Part shown: positions 1-10,373 of the stretch, piece by piece
How positions within the stretch are numbered: the first letter of the stretch is position 1
Layout of the letters: every line of letters starts with the position of its first letter
Source of the DNA: Gemmatimonadales bacterium
GTDB lineage: Bacteria; Gemmatimonadota; Gemmatimonadetes; Gemmatimonadales; GWC2-71-9
Length of the DNA stretch: 57,729 nucleotides
NCBI GenBank assembly: GCA_025935995.1
Contig: JAICUF010000004.1
Span: 1-57,729, forward strand
Reading direction: 5' to 3'
The notes under the pieces: model-generated
Databases searched by the model: none
What the model was told of the DNA's origin: nothing
What the model saw: the letters and a program-made list of their open reading frames with translations, nothing else
Made by a program: the position numbers and the translations under genes

Positions 1-45
1 CGGGGCGTACAGTCGGCTGTCCGGCCACCTCGGGAGGAAAATAGC

Positions 46-258
46 ATGGTTCGCGGCATCGTTGGCTTCTCGCTCTTCGCAGTGTTCTCGATGGTCCTGT
101 TGAAGGTGATCTTCGTGCTGCTGTTCGGGGTGCTCGGCTTCCTCGGCGTCGTGCTCAAGCTGGCACTCTGGGGCTTCATCATCTATCTGGTGCTCAAGAT
201 CTTCGCGCCCGGCACGGCGGCGCGGGTCCGTGAGACGATCACCGGAAAGCCCGCCTGA
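46..258 (+). CDS. small hydrophobic membrane protein (70 aa), function unknown
   Basis: GGGAGG SD before the ATG; almost entirely hydrophobic (about 2 TM helices) with a short basic tail; followed by a terminator hairpin. Confidence 0.8.
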   Translation: MVRGIVGFSLFAVFSMVLLKVIFVLLFGVLGFLGVVLKLALWGFIIYLVLKIFAPGTAARVRETITGKPA

Positions 259-282
259 GCCTGGCGGACGCAGGGAAGCAAG

Positions 283-323
283 GCAAACGAAACGCCCGGC
301 GCTCTGCCGGGCGTTTCGTTTGC
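283..323. terminator. bidirectional intrinsic terminator
   Basis: Perfect 18-bp inverted repeat GCAAACGAAACGCCCGGC / GCCGGGCGTTTCGTTTGC with a 5-nt loop and T-rich tails on both strands, between convergent genes. Confidence 0.85.
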
Positions 324-344
324 TCCTGTTGCCTGCCGGCCGGC

Positions 345-1139
345 TCAGCTCGCGGCCCCCGCCTCCACGCCGGCGGGTTCGACCTGCGCCGCCGCCGCCC
401 GCGCGGGGACCGGCGTCGGAAGGCGGAGGCGCCCCGCTTCCCGCCAGAGCTCGCGCGCTCCAGCCCACGCCTCGAGCCGGCTGGGCCGAGGCCGCAGGTC
501 GTGTCGCTCGACCACCGGCATCGACTCGATCCGCCTCGCATGCCGAGACGCGCGCCCGAGGAGCTCGGCGTTCGCCGCCCAGCCCTCGGCGGCAAGCATC
601 GGCGGCTTGCCCTCGCGGAAGGCGTTCCGGAGGGTGACGAGCCGGAATGCCGCGAACCCCGACACGAGGTCGTTGACGCCGGGGATCCGCACCCGCCCGC
701 GCAGCAGCATCGGCGCAAAGCGGCGGAGCATGCGGCGGCCGCGGGACGATTCCCCGCCGAGGGAGCCCTCCGCCACGACCATGTCCGCGCCGCTTTCGAT
801 CCGCCGCACCAGGTCCGGGAGGTAATGCGGAGCGTGCGCGAAGTCGGCGTGCATGAGGATGGCGCAGTCGCGCCTGGGCCGGTCGGTCCGGTCGGCCGCG
901 AAGCGGAGCAGCTCCTCGATGGTGCGGCGGTAGCCCTCGCGGTGCTGATGCGTGAGGACGGTGAGCGGCAGGACACGGGCGTACGGCGCGAGCACTTCGG
1001 CCGTAGCGTCGGTCGAGCCGTCATCGGCGACGACGAGCTGGTACTCCCGCGGGAAGCCGGCGAAGACCTGCCGGATCTTCCAGAGGAGGAGGCCCACGGT
1101 GGGCGCCTCGTTATGACTGGGAATGCAGACGTAGATCAT
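345..1139 (-). CDS. glycosyltransferase family 2 (DPM1-like)
   Basis: N-terminal YVCIPSHNE and VVADDGSTDAT motifs, later SGFAAFR; the expected DAD reads HAD; ATGA overlap with the kinase stop. Confidence 0.8.
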   Translation of the reverse strand: MIYVCIPSHNEAPTVGLLLWKIRQVFAGFPREYQLVVADDGSTDATAEVLAPYARVLPLTVLTHQHREGYRRTIEELLRFAADRTDRPRRDCAILMHADFAHAPHYLPDLVRRIESGADMVVAEGSLGGESSRGRRMLRRFAPMLLRGRVRIPGVNDLVSGFAAFRLVTLRNAFREGKPPMLAAEGWAANAELLGRASRHARRIESMPVVERHDLRPRPSRLEAWAGARELWREAGRLRLPTPVPARAAAAQVEPAGVEAGAAS

Positions 1140-3130
1140 GGGCTGTCGGTGCGAGTGTGGCTGAACGATACACCGGCCGCCTCCGCGCCGCGCCGGCTCG
1201 CGACGGTGGCGAGGAGGGTCCGGAGCTCGGCCAGACTGAAGGGCTTGTGCAGATAGGGGCGGTCCAGAGTCTCCAGGAACTCCAGGGTGTCGCCCCGGAC
1301 GGTGTCGCCGGTGCTGAAGACCACGCGCGGCGCGGCGGAGGGATCCACCAGGCGAAGCTCCTCGAAGAATTCGCGCCCTCCGAGCCGCGGCATCCGGAGA
1401 TCCGAGATGATGAGATCGAATCCACCCGCGGTCGCGAGCCGGAGCCCCTCCGCGCCGTCGCCGGCGACTTCGACCTCATGTCCCCACGCTTCGAGGGTGG
1501 CGCGCATGTAGTGCAGGATGTGGGGCTCGTCGTCGACGACCAGCACGCGAAGGCCGGCGGCAGGCCCGCGCACGGCAGCGCGCGCCGGCTCCCGGCGCTC
1601 GGAGGTGTCGCCGCAGGGGAGCTGGATGGTGAAGGTCGCGCCCTCGCCCTCGCGCGTGATCAGCGTGATGCGCCCGCCATGCTCCTTCACGATGCCCTGG
1701 CTGATGGAAAGGCCGAGCCCGGTGCCTTCGCCCTCACCCTTGGTGGTGAAGAAGGGCTCGAAGACCTGCTCCGCCAGCGCGCGGGACATGCCGGGGCCGT
1801 CGTCCGCGACGTCGATCGCGACACCGTCGAGGAGGCGCCGGACCGTGATCGAGACCGTACCGGGCCGGCCGGTGGACGCGATCGCCTGCGCCGCGTTGTT
1901 GATCAGGTTCACCAGCACCTGCTGCATCTGATTCGGCTCGAGCGACACCATCGGCAGGTCGGGCTCGAGCGACACGCCCGCATCCACGTGGTACGCGAGG
2001 AGCTGGTTCCGGAGGAGCGCGAGCGTCGATTCGATCAGTGGCGCCAGCGTCACGGGCCGTCGCTGCCGATCCTGCTTCCGCGCGAAGCCGAGCAGGTTCT
2101 TCACGATGTTCGAGGCGCGCTCCGCCTCTTCGCGGATCACGGCGAGGGGCTCGCGAAGGCCGGCAGGGACGTCGCGCGCCTCGCTCAGGAAGTCGGCGAA
2201 TCCCACCACCGACGCGAGGGGGTTGTTGAGGTCGTGCGCGATCCCCGCGATCAGCTGGCCGATGGCGGAGAGCTTCTCCGACTGGATGAGCTGGTCCTGG
2301 AGGCGGCGCCGCTCGGTCTGGTCGTCGAAGAGGAGCACGGTCAGCGACGGATCACCCTGGCTGATGGGGACGGTGCTCAGGGAGTAGCAGCGCTCGCCGG
2401 TCTCGAGCTCGGCGCCCGCGGTCGCGCGTTCCGCGAGGGCCCGGCGGATTTCGGGGACCCACTCCGGCGGCACGAATGCCTGCCAAGGCCGTCCGATGAG
2501 GGAAGCCGGCGGGGCGTCCACCAGCTCGGCAAAGGCGCGGTTGGCACGGCGAATGCTGCCGGACCGGTCCACGATGCAGAGGGCCAGGGCGATGGCATCG
2601 ACCACTTCCTGCCAGGATTTGCGGCCGTCGTCGTGCAGATCGACCAGCCGGACGCTCTCGAGCGCGATGCTCGCCTGCGCCCCCAGCCCCTGGAGGAGGG
2701 GGAGCACGGTGGGCCCGAAGCCTCCGGACGGTGAGCGGATCGCTATGGCGCCTGTGACGTGCTCCCGCGCGAGGAGGGGCGCGAGGGCCCATGTTCCGGA
2801 GACATCATCGGGAACCGGAAGGCCTTCGGCAGCGAGGTGGGCGGCGAGGGAGTCGGCCAGGAGGGTCGGGCCGTGGCGGCTCGCGAGCTCCAGGACGGGC
2901 CGACGCTCGCGACCCGCGGCGGGCCAGATGTGCAGGACATCGGGGTCGTCGGTGTCCTTGTTGAACAGGATCACCGCTATCTCGACGGGCGAGAGTCCAT
3001 CGCGGACGTGCTCGATCAGCAGGTCCACGATGGAGGTGCGGCGCAGGGTGCCGGCCAGTTCATGCGCAAAGGCGGTCAGCCGTCCGACGAGGAGCTCGGC
3101 GCTGCCCGGAACCTCAGAGGGAGATGCCAT
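1136..3130 (-). CDS. hybrid sensor histidine kinase (GAF-like, PAS, HisKA, HATPase, receiver)
   Basis: AGIAHDLNNPL H-box, NLINNA N-box, DDGPG G1, FEPFFTTK F-box, GTGLGL G2; receiver VLVVDDE...ISDLRMP...KPF; start set at MASPSEV (3130). Confidence 0.9.
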   Translation of the reverse strand: MASPSEVPGSAELLVGRLTAFAHELAGTLRRTSIVDLLIEHVRDGLSPVEIAVILFNKDTDDPDVLHIWPAAGRERRPVLELASRHGPTLLADSLAAHLAAEGLPVPDDVSGTWALAPLLAREHVTGAIAIRSPSGGFGPTVLPLLQGLGAQASIALESVRLVDLHDDGRKSWQEVVDAIALALCIVDRSGSIRRANRAFAELVDAPPASLIGRPWQAFVPPEWVPEIRRALAERATAGAELETGERCYSLSTVPISQGDPSLTVLLFDDQTERRRLQDQLIQSEKLSAIGQLIAGIAHDLNNPLASVVGFADFLSEARDVPAGLREPLAVIREEAERASNIVKNLLGFARKQDRQRRPVTLAPLIESTLALLRNQLLAYHVDAGVSLEPDLPMVSLEPNQMQQVLVNLINNAAQAIASTGRPGTVSITVRRLLDGVAIDVADDGPGMSRALAEQVFEPFFTTKGEGEGTGLGLSISQGIVKEHGGRITLITREGEGATFTIQLPCGDTSERREPARAAVRGPAAGLRVLVVDDEPHILHYMRATLEAWGHEVEVAGDGAEGLRLATAGGFDLIISDLRMPRLGGREFFEELRLVDPSAAPRVVFSTGDTVRGDTLEFLETLDRPYLHKPFSLAELRTLLATVASRRGAEAAGVSFSHTRTDSP

Positions 3131-3839
3131 GATTCGCGCCGATGTCCGTGGGCGGCTCACCGGAGCCGATGTCGAGCTGATGATCCTGCTCCTGAGCCGG
3201 GGGTCGGCCACTCGGCGACAGACGCTGGAACGCCGGCTCGCGGCGGAAGGCCCCGATGCCCTGCTCGACACGCCCGAGCTGCTGGAGCGTCTGCTCGAGG
3301 TGCGGACGATCCTCGTGCCGTCGGAGACGCTCTTCTTCTATGTCCTCGTCCGCCACACCCTGCGCCACGCCGGGCTCGACGACCGCGACCTCGCCGACTA
3401 CCTGGCGGCGCTGGTGGTGGACTTCGGGCGACGCGACCGGGCCTGGCGCGTCGACTGGAACGACGACGAGCAGCACCGGTACCTGGTCGACATCCTGGCC
3501 GATCTCGGGTCGTGCGAAGGGGAGCGTCGCTTCCGGGTGATGGCGCATCTCGGCAATTACGCGCTCTGGCTGGCCGGCCTCTTTCCCGACTACATCGCCG
3601 CGCGCCGACTGCGGAAGGGCGGTCCGGACCTGGCCTACTACGACACGATGGGCCGGCGCGGTTTCGAGCTCGCGTCGGATCACGCGCTCGCCGGCCAGTA
3701 CGGCCTGACCGACGTGTTCCGCTCCGCCGCCGAGCGGTTTCCGCTCGTTCGCAGCGCGCTCAACGGGATGAGTGACCGGGTCTTCTTCGCGGGCCACTGC
3801 TCAGCCGACCGCGTGCTCCGGGACCTCGGCGCGCACTGA
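3129..3839 (+). CDS. conserved hypothetical helical protein (236 aa)
   Basis: GAGGGAG SD before ATG 3129; protein-like sequence (LFFYVLVRH, DYLA, YLVDIL, HLGNYALWLAGLFPD, YYDTMGRRGF); no function recognisable. Confidence 0.8.
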   Translation: MIRADVRGRLTGADVELMILLLSRGSATRRQTLERRLAAEGPDALLDTPELLERLLEVRTILVPSETLFFYVLVRHTLRHAGLDDRDLADYLAALVVDFGRRDRAWRVDWNDDEQHRYLVDILADLGSCEGERRFRVMAHLGNYALWLAGLFPDYIAARRLRKGGPDLAYYDTMGRRGFELASDHALAGQYGLTDVFRSAAERFPLVRSALNGMSDRVFFAGHCSADRVLRDLGAH

Positions 3840-4559
3840 GCGCGCGCCGCGATCCGCCTCCGCCAGGAAGGCGCGGAAGAGCCCGCTGTCGGGCGCCCCC
3901 GCCTGCGTCGTCATCTCCTCGGGATGCCACTGCACCGCCACCAGCCAGCCGCCTTCCTCCGGCTCAACGGCCTCGACGAGCCCGTCCGCCGCCCACGCCA
4001 CGGCGCGGAGTCCGCGACCCAGGTCCCGCACCGCCTGATGGTGGAAGGAATTCGCGTCGAACTCGAGCCGGCCGAGCGCCGCGGCGGTGCGCGTTCCCTC
4101 GAGGACGCGGATGCCGTGCGCGCGGGCATCGCGTGGTGTCCGCGGATTGTGGTTGAGGATGCCGCGGCGCTCGGACGGGAGGTCCTGCCACAGCGTGCCG
4201 CCGAAGGCCACGTTGACGAGCTGGATTCCCCGGCAGATGCCCAGGACGGGCAGTTCCCGCTCCCGCGCGGCCGCGAGCAGCGCCAGCTCGAAGCGGTCGC
4301 GCTCGGAGGAGACCGTGCCGAGGTGCCGCGACGGCTGCGCGCCGTAGAGCGCAGGGTCGACGTCCTCGCCACCGGTGAGCAGCAGGCCGTCCAGGCCGTC
4401 GAGCGCGCCGGCGGCGGCCTCCGCGCCCATGAGCGGCGAGAGCACCAGCGGGACGCCGCCGGCTCGCACCACGCTCGCGAGATACGCCGAGTTGACGCCG
4501 CTCCGCGAGGCACCATCCCACTCGCGCACCACGCCGCTCACACCGATGCGCGCGCTCAC
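3801..4559 (-). CDS. gamma-glutamyl-gamma-aminobutyrate hydrolase family (peptidase C26, PuuD-like)
   Basis: LLLTGGEDVDP, LGICRGIQ nucleophile elbow, NSFHHQAV, VQWHPE; GTGA overlap with the upstream gene. Confidence 0.9.
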   Translation of the reverse strand: MSARIGVSGVVREWDGASRSGVNSAYLASVVRAGGVPLVLSPLMGAEAAAGALDGLDGLLLTGGEDVDPALYGAQPSRHLGTVSSERDRFELALLAAARERELPVLGICRGIQLVNVAFGGTLWQDLPSERRGILNHNPRTPRDARAHGIRVLEGTRTAAALGRLEFDANSFHHQAVRDLGRGLRAVAWAADGLVEAVEPEEGGWLVAVQWHPEEMTTQAGAPDSGLFRAFLAEADRGARSVRAEVPEHAVG

Positions 4560-5050
4560 CGGACGAGTACCGAATCGGGGAAGAAGGGACATGCGGGATC
4601 CTCGAAGCGTCTGGGGTCGGTCTGCACACCGATCAGCGGCACGGTGGCCGACCCCATCGTGACCGAGCCGATGCGCGGGGCGCGCTCGACGGGGAGTCCT
4701 TCATAGAGCATGATGCCCCGCGCCTTCGCGCCGGTGTCGAGCACCAGCACGCCGTAGCCGAGCTTCACGTTCGGCGGGAGGGTGCCGTCGACGCCGATGA
4801 CCCAGAGCGAATCGTTGGGCGGGCGGCCGGTCACCGCGCGATACGCCGGACCGGTCGCGAGCCGTGCCGCCAGCTGCTCGGGCAGGGTAGCGGGCGGCGA
4901 GCCGAGCGTCTGATTCCGAACGCCGAACTCGCTGATCAGCTGGGCCGGTCCCGCCAGCGCGGCGATGCCGCAGGCGGCGCGGGAGGAAGTTCCGCTCCGC
5001 CCGCACGCGGTTGCCGCGGCGAGGAGCAGGAGGGGCGCGTGGCGGATCAT
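4556..5050 (-). CDS. putative lipoprotein, function unknown (164 aa)
   Basis: GGAGG SD; MIRHAPLLLLAAATA-C lipobox-like signal; coupled to the C26 gene. Confidence 0.7.
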   Translation of the reverse strand: MIRHAPLLLLAAATACGRSGTSSRAACGIAALAGPAQLISEFGVRNQTLGSPPATLPEQLAARLATGPAYRAVTGRPPNDSLWVIGVDGTLPPNVKLGYGVLVLDTGAKARGIMLYEGLPVERAPRIGSVTMGSATVPLIGVQTDPRRFEDPACPFFPDSVLVR

Positions 5051-5110
5051 GAGGCCTCCGGGACGCGGGGGACAGGAGTCCGGACCCCGAAAGCTAATGA
5101 CGTGACTCGC

Positions 5111-5140
5111 TTGACGCTCCGCCGCGGGACGCCGTAACAT
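5111..5140 (+). promoter_or_regulatory. putative sigma70 promoter for the PspA-like/POT operon
   Basis: TTGACG-N18-TAACAT in the intergenic region. Confidence 0.5.
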
Positions 5141-5185
5141 TCCCTGACTTCCCGATGTGATTCCCCCAGGAAAGGATGCCTTCGC

Positions 5186-5718
5186 GTGTTCGACGGGTTC
5201 CGCGCGCGATTCGACCGGATCTTCGACGAGCAGGGCGGTCGAGTGGACGGCCGGGCCTACGTCGCCGGCCTGCGGGACGCGGTGGTCGAGGCGCGCGCCG
5301 CCGTCGCCGCGATGCGGGACGGCATCGTCGCGACCGAACGCGAGCTCGCGGCCGAGCGCCGGCAGCTGGACGACGCGGAGCGCCGGGGACGCCTGGCGGC
5401 GGAGCTTCCCGATCCGGAGACGGTCGAGGTGGCGGAGCGGTTCGCCGCGCGGCACCGGGAGCGGGTCGGCGTCCTGGAGCGGAAGCTCGCCGTCCAGCGC
5501 GACGAGGTCGGCATGGCGGAGCGCGAGGTCGAGGAGATGACGGCGCAGCTCCGGCAGGCGCAGCAGGGGGTCGGTCCCGCGTCGGCGGCGCGCCCCGTCG
5601 CCGACCCCGGGGCCGACCTGGAGAGCGACCTCCTGGCAGCGCGCGCCGAGCGCGCGCGACACGAGGCGGCGGTCGAAGCCCAGCTGGCCCACCTCAAGAA
5701 GAAGCTCGGAAAGGATCA

Positions 5719-5722
<4 letters not shown>
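5186..5722 (+). CDS. coiled-coil protein, PspA/IM30-like
   Basis: Amphipathic N-terminus (MFDGFRARFDRIF), long E/R/A heptads, C-terminal VEAQLAHLKKKLG like PspA helix 5; ATGA overlap with the next gene. Confidence 0.65.
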
Positions 5723-7116
<1,394 letters not shown>

Positions 7117-7119
7117 GGC

Positions 7120-8127
7120 TCAGCCCGATGTCTTGAAGATGCGGAAGAGATAGAAGAGGGACGGGACGAGCACCACGGCGCCCGCCACGAGGCCCAGCGC
7201 GACGAAACGCAGGGTGGTGGCGGGCGCCGCTGCGTTCATCACCGAGAGGTCGGGCGGCACCAGGAGCGGGAACTGCGCGACCGCCCAGCCCCAGATGACG
7301 AGCGAGACGAATGCGGCGGCGCCGACGCGCGCGACGCCGAAGCGCCGAACCAGGAGCGCGCCGATCGTGCCGGCCAGAGCCGCCGCGGCGCCGGCGTGGA
7401 GCGGCAGGGCCCAGCGCGACGCGGTGAGCCCCGCGTGCATCATCGGCGCGCCGCGGCGCGCCATGAGCAGCGCTCCGGCCGCGATGACGACGGCCGTGGC
7501 GGCGGCGCCGACGGCGCGGCGGCGGAAATCATCGGCCAGCTCGCGATCGTCGCCGGCTTCCACCGTGAGGTACACGGCGGCGAGAAAGGCGAAGAGGGCG
7601 AGCGCGAGGCAGCCCGTCGCCAGCGTGAACGGTGTGGCCCAGGGCCGGATGAAGCCCGACGCGAAGCTGCCGGCGGGCGGCCGGAGGCGGCCGGTGGCGA
7701 GCGCGCCGACGGCGGTGCCGAGAAGGAGCGGCGTGATGATGCTCGCGCCCGAGAAGACGGCGCCCCATCGCCGCTGCACGGCGTCGCGGCGGCTGTCGTA
7801 GGAGCGGAAGGTGAAGGCGGAGCCGCGGAGCACGATCCCGACGAGCACGAGCGAGAGCGGGATGTGCAGCACGATCGCGATCCGGGCAAAGGCCGCGGGA
7901 AAGCAGGTGAAGAGGAGCACCACCGCGAGGATGAGCCAGACGTGGTTCGCCTCCCAGATCGGCGCGATCGCGTGGGCGATCAGGTCGCGCTGTCGCTGCC
8001 GCCGCGGCCCCGACGCGAGCAGGTCCCACACGCCGCCGCCGAAGTCGGCGCCGCCCAGCAGGGCGTAGGCGTTGAGCGCGAGCATGATGACGCCGGCGAG
8101 CACCACGGCCAGCGTATCGTCAGGCAT
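7120..8127 (-). CDS. cydB: cytochrome bd ubiquinol oxidase subunit II
   Basis: GADFGGG and PIWEANHVWL motifs; multi-TM; downstream of cydA. Confidence 0.92.
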   Translation of the reverse strand: MPDDTLAVVLAGVIMLALNAYALLGGADFGGGVWDLLASGPRRQRQRDLIAHAIAPIWEANHVWLILAVVLLFTCFPAAFARIAIVLHIPLSLVLVGIVLRGSAFTFRSYDSRRDAVQRRWGAVFSGASIITPLLLGTAVGALATGRLRPPAGSFASGFIRPWATPFTLATGCLALALFAFLAAVYLTVEAGDDRELADDFRRRAVGAAATAVVIAAGALLMARRGAPMMHAGLTASRWALPLHAGAAAALAGTIGALLVRRFGVARVGAAAFVSLVIWGWAVAQFPLLVPPDLSVMNAAAPATTLRFVALGLVAGAVVLVPSLFYLFRIFKTSG

Positions 8128-9430
8128 GCGGCGGCGCGGCCGGCATCCGCACGATCTGCCGGTAGAGGAGCCACGCCACGGCGGCGGCGAGTCCGATGTA
8201 GAGGAGGGTGAAGAGCGCGAAGGGCACCGCGATCCCCGGCATCGGCGTCACGGCGTCGCGGGTCCGGAGGATGCCCGAGATGATCCACGGCTGGCGGCCC
8301 ACCTCGGTGACGACCCACCCCGCCTCGATCGCGAGGAAACCGCACGGTCCGGCAGCGGCGATCGCGCGCAGCAGGCCGCGGCTCGAGTCGATCGTGCGTC
8401 TGCGCCACGCGCGCCACCCGATCGTGAGGGACAGGAGCGCGAGGAAGGTTCCGAGCCCGACCATCACCTGGAAGGCGATGTGCACGATGGCGACCGGCGG
8501 CCAGTCGCCGCGGGGGACCTGATCGAGGCCGGCAACGCGCGCGTGCGGATCGTGAAAGGCGAGGAGCGACAGTCCGGACGGGATCCGGATGCCGTATCGG
8601 ACCGTCTGACCGGCTTCATCGGGCAGGCCGCCGACGGTGAGCGGCGCGCCCCGGGTCGTGGTGAAGAGCGCCTCGACTGCCGCGAGCTTGGCGGGCTGCT
8701 GCCGCGCCACGGCTCGCGCGCTGATGTCGCCCGAAATCGGCTGGAGCACGGCGGCGGGGGCGGCCACGAGGAGCGCGATGCCGAGCGCCGCGCGGTGGAA
8801 GGGATTCCCCGGATCGCGCAGCAGGAGCGCCGCGTGGATCCCCGCCACCGCGAATCCGGTCGCCACGAACGCCGCGAGGGTCATGTGGAGCGTCTGCTGG
8901 AAGGCGGCGGGATTGAAGAGCGCGGCGAGCGGGTCCACCGACACCACGCGGCCCGCGACCATCTGGAAGCCGGCCGGCGTGTTCATCCACGCGTTGGCCA
9001 TCACGACGAAGATGCCCGAGGCGGCGCCGCTCACCGCCACCGCGACACCGGCGAGGAGGTGCGCCCGCCGCGGCACGCGTTCCCATCCGTACAGGTAGAT
9101 CCCGAGGAAGATCGCCTCGGTGAAGAAGGCGAAGCCTTCGAGCGAGAACGGCATCCCGATGACCGACCCTGCGAAGGCCATGAACCGCGGCCAGAGGAGT
9201 CCGAGCTCGAAGGAGAGGACCGTGCCGGAGACGGCGCCGACCGCGAAGAGAATCGCGGTCCCGCGGGCCCACCGGCGGGCGAGCTCGAGATAGACCGCCT
9301 CGCCGGTGCGCTGCCAGCGCCGCTCGGCCAGCACCATGAGGACGGGCATGCCGATGCCGACGACGGCGAAGATGATGTGGAAACCCAGCGACATGGCCAT
9401 CTGGCCGCGCGCGGCGAGGAGATCGCTCAT
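8120..9430 (-). CDS. cydA: cytochrome bd ubiquinol oxidase subunit I (short Q-loop type)
   Basis: FHIIF, GAVSG..LSFE, EGFAFFTE, ANAWMNTP, QPAKLAAVE, GWVVTEVGRQPW. Confidence 0.95.
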   Translation of the reverse strand: MSDLLAARGQMAMSLGFHIIFAVVGIGMPVLMVLAERRWQRTGEAVYLELARRWARGTAILFAVGAVSGTVLSFELGLLWPRFMAFAGSVIGMPFSLEGFAFFTEAIFLGIYLYGWERVPRRAHLLAGVAVAVSGAASGIFVVMANAWMNTPAGFQMVAGRVVSVDPLAALFNPAAFQQTLHMTLAAFVATGFAVAGIHAALLLRDPGNPFHRAALGIALLVAAPAAVLQPISGDISARAVARQQPAKLAAVEALFTTTRGAPLTVGGLPDEAGQTVRYGIRIPSGLSLLAFHDPHARVAGLDQVPRGDWPPVAIVHIAFQVMVGLGTFLALLSLTIGWRAWRRRTIDSSRGLLRAIAAAGPCGFLAIEAGWVVTEVGRQPWIISGILRTRDAVTPMPGIAVPFALFTLLYIGLAAAVAWLLYRQIVRMPAAPPHA

Positions 9431-9471
9431 CGCACCCCCGGACGGCCGGGAAGGTACGCACCCCAGCGCGC

Positions 9472-9500
9472 TTGCCGCCAGCGCGGGGGAGCCATACAAT
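9472..9500 (+). promoter_or_regulatory. sigma70-type promoter, probably giving a leaderless mRNA
   Basis: TTGCCG-N17-TACAAT, 6 nt before GTG 9507; no SD. Confidence 0.7.
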
Positions 9501-9506
9501 CCGCCC

Positions 9507-10373
9507 GTGACTTCGCCGATCGCCCGTTGGCTCCGTGCATCATGGGGTCTGGTCCTCACGGCCGGCCTGGCGGGCGGCTGCGCCTCGCCGCCGGCCTCGC
9601 GCGGGGCGCAGGACACGGTCGCCTTCGCGCCGCCCGCCGACTCCCTCATCCCTCATGACGCCGCCGGCCGCTCGATCCTGCGGGGGCGCGCGCTCCTCGC
9701 GCACACGCGCGACAGCCTCCCCGCGCACGTCGGTGCGGCGCTCCAGTGCGTCAGCTGCCATCCGCAGGATGGCCGCCAGGCGGGCGCGATGCCGTGGGTG
9801 GGCGTCTATGCGCGGTATCCGCAGTACCGAAGCCGGAGCGCGTCGCTCTCGCTGATCGAGGATCGCGTGAACGACTGCTTCCAGCGCAGCATGAACGGCA
9901 AGGCGCTCGATCCGGCGAGCGCGGAGATGCGAGACATCGTCGCGTACCTCGCCTTCCTCTCGCGCGGCGTGCCGGTCGGCGCGCGCGTCGCGGGGCAGGG
10001 GCTCGTCCCGCTCAAGGTCGCGCGGGGGGACAGCGGCCGCGGCGCCACGCTCTTCCAGGTCAACTGTGCGCGCTGCCACGGCGCGGGCGGGGCAGGGACA
10101 GCCGCCGCGCCGCCGCTCTGGGGCGACGCGTCGTTCAACATCGGCGCCGGCATGGCGCGGGCCCGGACGGCGGCCGCCTTCATCCGGCGCAACATGCCGC
10201 TCGACCGGCCGGGGTCGCTCAGCGACCAGGAGGCCGCGGACGTGGCCGCGTACATCACGTCGCAGCCCCGTCCCGATTTCCCCGGCAAGGAACACGACTG
10301 GCCCGAGGGCGGCGCGCCCGCGGATGTTCCCTACCGGCTGCTCAGCCAGCCTGCCCCGCCGCCGCGGCACTGA
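9507..10373 (+). CDS. tsdA: diheme cytochrome c, thiosulfate dehydrogenase TsdA-like lipoprotein
   Basis: CVSCH and CARCH heme motifs, YPQYRSRS, RVNDCFQRSMNG (active-site Cys motif), PPLWG..SFNIGAGM, NMP; LAGG-C lipobox. Confidence 0.78.
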   Translation: MTSPIARWLRASWGLVLTAGLAGGCASPPASRGAQDTVAFAPPADSLIPHDAAGRSILRGRALLAHTRDSLPAHVGAALQCVSCHPQDGRQAGAMPWVGVYARYPQYRSRSASLSLIEDRVNDCFQRSMNGKALDPASAEMRDIVAYLAFLSRGVPVGARVAGQGLVPLKVARGDSGRGATLFQVNCARCHGAGGAGTAAAPPLWGDASFNIGAGMARARTAAAFIRRNMPLDRPGSLSDQEAADVAAYITSQPRPDFPGKEHDWPEGGAPADVPYRLLSQPAPPPRH

